Shown here in pieces: positions 60,031-64,000 of a DNA stretch of 64,000 nt. The position numbers and the translations under genes are program-made. Position 1 is the stretch's first letter; every line of letters begins with the position of its first letter. Source of the DNA: Raja brachyura (lineage: Eukaryota); the NCBI GenBank assembly GCA_963514005.1, contig OY740820.1, positions 24,056,001 through 24,120,000 on the forward strand, read 5' to 3'. The notes under the pieces were generated by a model. It saw nothing but the letters and a program-made list of their open reading frames with translations. It was not told where the DNA came from and ran no database searches.

Positions 60031-61689
60031 AAACTATAACAAAAGTAAAAAGTTGAGTTAATTATATCCTGAGAATGGCTGATTTGTACAGAACAGTTTG
60101 TGCATCATATTACTTTGTGGGGAATTGATGTAAAGGTTATGTCTTCGCATTGGCTTATGTTTAAACTTGGAATTAGGTAATCCAATGAAGCAAAAATATT
60201 CCATAATTCAGTGAATAGATGAAGACCCACCCCCCCCCCCCCCCCCATAGTTCCACAACAGTTTGATGAAATAGAGCCAAATTGACCACGGATAATTAAT
60301 TTGACACAAGGGTGGCAGAGTGGGCAAAATAGATGGCTGAACAGAATGAAAAAAAATCGGCCATGCAGTATTGAGTCATCCAAATTCCTCCCCTAAATCA
60401 ATAATTATACCAAAATGTTTATCAATAGTGACCGACAAGTGGCCAGTAATGCAGCAGGCAGTGTTATACTCTTAAATTAACATTATGTTGAAAGCTAGTT
60501 CAATCTACGCTTCGCTATCTGCCTCCGGGTGATTTTGGGAGTCCACCTCTAATTTGTTCCCACTAGTGAGAACCTTTTTCTTTGCCTGGCAACTTCTGTG
60601 TACATATATAATTTTAAGTGCATCATTAACAATGCAAAGAGAATTGTGCTTAATTTTCACGTTCAACATGTGAAATGTCAAAAAATTTTCAAATAATGCA
60701 AAAGTTGGTTATCGCCCATTTAACCAACTTTTAGTACTCTGCAGCTTTGGTTCAGTAATTTTTCAAATTTATGTTGTTTTGTTATTAAAATAAGTTTTTC
60801 GTGTTGAAATCACTGTGGTAGTTTCCAGTCAAGTATATTCCTCTAACCTTTCCATATGTCAAAGATCTCAATCTGTTTTCTTGCATTTGTGAAGGCTGTA
60901 CATGATCTTGGCAGTAATCTTCCAGGTGACATGGTACTTGGCTGCTCTGATATCAGGTCAATTGCTATCAGAACAATTGGTCAAGTCCTTCCTTTCAAGC
61001 TCTCCTTCCCACTACTGAAACTTCAGGTGCACCATCTTCATTTTCTTTGTATCTTGATTGTAGACCGATCAATGTAGCACACTGTCACAGAACAGAGCCT
61101 TTATTCTTTTGTTTCTCTTGAGTATCAGACTTTTTAGAAATATGACCTCATTGAATGACACTTTCAAGATTTGCTAAACAGCTGAGGTTTCAGTGCAGGT
61201 GTCCTATTTTTTTTTTAAGTGTTTGTGAAATATGGAGAACTGCAGTAAAGAACAGGGCGTGTAAAGCAGCTGCGTGTGAGTTGTTTCCCTCCATTGTTGT
61301 AGCTTTCCACATTTAATAGCAACGTGCTGAGACTATGGTGCCAGCAACAGGAATGTTCTTGGGACTTTATGTAAATTACTCCAACCCCATTCTGTGGCTG
61401 CTTAACATTTCAACATATCTTTATTGATAATGATCATGCAAGTTTAGCGTTTAGTCATTGACAACGGGTGGGAGTTGCTGAATCTGAGAAATATTGGTGC
61501 GATTTACGGGTGACCTCACTTTGCATTCACTAAAAATAGGTTTTGTACGGTGTTCAGTTTGGCAAGAGGACTTTATGGAAATGGCATTGTCAGCGAATCC
61601 TGGATTATTTTGTTGGTCTAATCCTTCGTCTTAACTGTTTTGCATTCCTATTACACTTGCTAGTCACTGACCATACTACATAATGAAAT

Positions 61690-62075
61690 GCCTTGATCGA
61701 GTTTTCTGAGGTGACAACAAAGATGTTTGATGGGAGTAGGGTGGCAGATGTTGTCTACAGGAATTTTAGTAAGCCGTTCATGGTAGATTACTGCAGAAAC
61801 TTAAAATTCATGCGATCCACGGTGACTTGGTCATTTGGATTCAAAACTGGATTCTTGTAGAAGACAAAGGGTTGTGATGGAAGGTCGTAATTTTGACTGG
61901 AGGTCTGTGGTCAGTGTAATTTTGCTGGGATCTTTGTTGTTTGTGATGTATATAAATGACAGATGTAAATGTAGATGGGTTGGTTAGTAAATTTGCAGAC
62001 AATACCACAATTGGTGAACTTGTGCACAGTCAAGTTTACAATGGGATATAGATCACCTACAGAAATGGGTGAAAA
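61690..62075 (+). mobile_element. Degraded CR1 RT fragment
   Basis: GATGTTGTCTACAGGAATTTTAGTAAG (DVVY.DFSK-like), TATATAAATGAC (YIND), AGTAAATTTGCAGAC (SKFAD). Confidence 0.7.
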
Positions 62076-63009
62076 AACTGTTTATACAGTATTTCCTTAC
62101 AATATACAAGAAGACCATGTTGTTCACTGATAGGATAATCAGCTTTGGAGCAATCATATTCCCTCATTTATTTCCCTGTAACTCTTGACTCTTACATGCC
62201 AATCAACTTTCCAACCACTGATTAACTTTTCAACTCTCATCTTATTGGGATGCCAGAGGAAGCCAGAACACCCACATGTTCATGTAGAATGTACAATAAA
62301 GACTGCATGCGAGGTTGAAATAGACCCCCGGGTGGTGGGACTGTACTGATCGGCAGCTATGGCAGTATTCAGGTTTATTGCCAGAACTGTTTTCAAATGA
62401 TTGATGTCTCTTCAGTTTGAAATTGGTATTCAGCTCTTTCTCTTCCTCACCTGGCAAGGATGTTTTTTTGAAAAGCAATCGTGGCATTATAACTGAACAA
62501 TAGCAATTCATTCAGTCAGTGGAGCTTAATAAATCTGTTTAGTGTAGAAGGCATTGCTGTTTAGTCTGGTATTTGTGCCAGTAACAGGAATGCAGACTGA
62601 CTTGTTGCCACTTTGTCCTTTTACCTTTGTCTGAGGCATTTGCTGGGCCATTACAAAGGGCATCGCCACATCAATACGAGCCTCGCATGTACACAGGTCA
62701 AACCAGGTAACAATAGCAAATCTTCCCAAAAACACCCTGGTTTTTGGCCTGTTTTCTTTTTTCTGTTTTGACGGTACTAATGTCGAGCAGAATTCATTTA
62801 CTCAGGTGAGGGTGCATACTTATTGCTACGGCTTTAAGAACTATTGTAATGGGTGATGAAAACTGTATAATGTCTCTGACAGATTTTAGTAGGTATAATT
62901 TGTGGTATCTGCTATCCATGAGTTAGATCATCGATAACTGCTTAACCTCGGCTTAATTATCATTGAGGTGAACGGTGCAGAAATATAACATATAAGAGCA
63001 GCTTGCCAT

Positions 63010-63270
63010 AGACATGAGCAGTCCAGTTAGTGAAGCTGCTGCCTCACAACTCCAGTGACTTTACCGCCAAACCACGCACTAGGGGAAATTAACCTACCAA
63101 ATAGCAATTCTGTGGGATGTGGAAGGAATCCAGAGGAAAGCTATTTGGTAACAGAGAGGATGTGCAAGTTCAACACAAATATGGGGAAACAGTAAATGCA
63201 ATTAGATTGGAATTACTGTAAATGGTGTCTGATGGACTTGGTGGGCTGCTGGGCCTGTTTCTGTGCTGTA
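63010..63270 (+). mobile_element. Degraded tRNA-head SINE-like fragment with CR1-type tail
   Basis: GCTGCTGCCTCACAACTCCAGTGAC head-like motif and GGTGGGCTGCTGGGCCTGTTTCTGTGCTGTA tail. Confidence 0.4.
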
Positions 63271-64000
63271 GCTATCTCTCTCTGACTTTGAAGAATGGCA
63301 TACCATGGCTACAATCTGCCTTCCATTGGCAAAATATGGTGCCACTTTGCTATTTTATCTGGATCCAAACTGACACACTCTCTTATTTGTCTTGGATATT
63401 TTGGATCGTGGGCCTTCAGTATTCCTTGCTTAAATATTAACATTTACCTGGTGTCTCCCTATTTTGCCAGTCTTGAATAAATCTTCTGAGTTTGGCAAGC
63501 AACAAGATGCAGACAAGATGCATTTCAAATTCCCTTTACACATTTTCCTTTATTCTCTCCCCGAATTTACGAACGCCCAACTTATATAGGCCTGTGCAAA
63601 TGAATGAGCTTTTGGGACACTGGTGGTATGAATTTGCTGGCAGCTGTGGGCATGCATCTTCTACATGTGGGTGTTCTGTTGGTGGCCACATTTCCCACGT
63701 GAACTTTTTGGGTTACGAACTGTAACCTCATGGATATGCCAAATCTTGTCAGACCCCAAAGAAAGTAACTCTGCTTGGTCACTCAATTGGTTTGAAAATA
63801 CATAGTTGGATTGTTGGTGATACAGATGTCTTGGAATTTGATACACAGGACCATCGTTACTAAAGGCCCGTTGATGAGGACAAGGTTATGTTCACTTCCT
63901 TGAGTTAACACTATTCATCGTATTGATGTTAAGGATTAGGTTATCGTCTATACACCATAACACTAGGTTCTCAATCTCTTTCCTGTACTTTGTTTCATTG

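Larger units (their letters stand above)
38996..64000 (+). other. TJP1: TJP1 (ZO-1) gene, 5' part; continues beyond the window
   Basis: Both known ZO-1 N-termini present (MKYQKYL... and MSARAA...K); the shared STAMEETAIWEQH exon was not found and probably lies downstream. Confidence 0.85.

Overview
This is vertebrate genomic DNA, not a prokaryotic window. The repeat content (Penelope pLTR-derived short elements, CR1 3' ends) suggests a cartilaginous fish such as a skate or ray (inference). Four spliced genes can be reconstructed by hand. LARP6 (+, 3 coding exons, 848/1046-5065) converges on TM2D3 (-, 6 exons, 7936-12635, 249 aa). Next is a TARS3/TARSL2-type threonyl-tRNA synthetase gene (-, 12 recognisable exons, 13893-32742). 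Divergent from it is the 5' end of TJP1/ZO-1 (+), with a distal MKYQKYL start (38996, 2 exons) and a proximal CpG-island MSARAA..K start (49660). The rest is intron or intergenic DNA rich in CR1 and Rex/Babar-like LINE fragments and Penelope GIY-YIG fragments. It also holds a near-complete but frameshifted Ty3/gypsy (Mag-like) element with LTRs, PBS, PPT and TSD, nested in a pogo/Tigger-like element, plus promoter-adjacent minisatellites. The most notable observations are: (1) TARS3 keeps its N-terminal coiled-coil and an intact catalytic core, but has no intact TGS/editing exons and has altered anticodon-binding residues; (2) many copies of a minimal hammerhead ribozyme core (CUGAAGA-stem-GAAACGUC) sit in Penelope-derived, often palindromic short elements. 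All homology calls are from recalled sequences; no searches were run.
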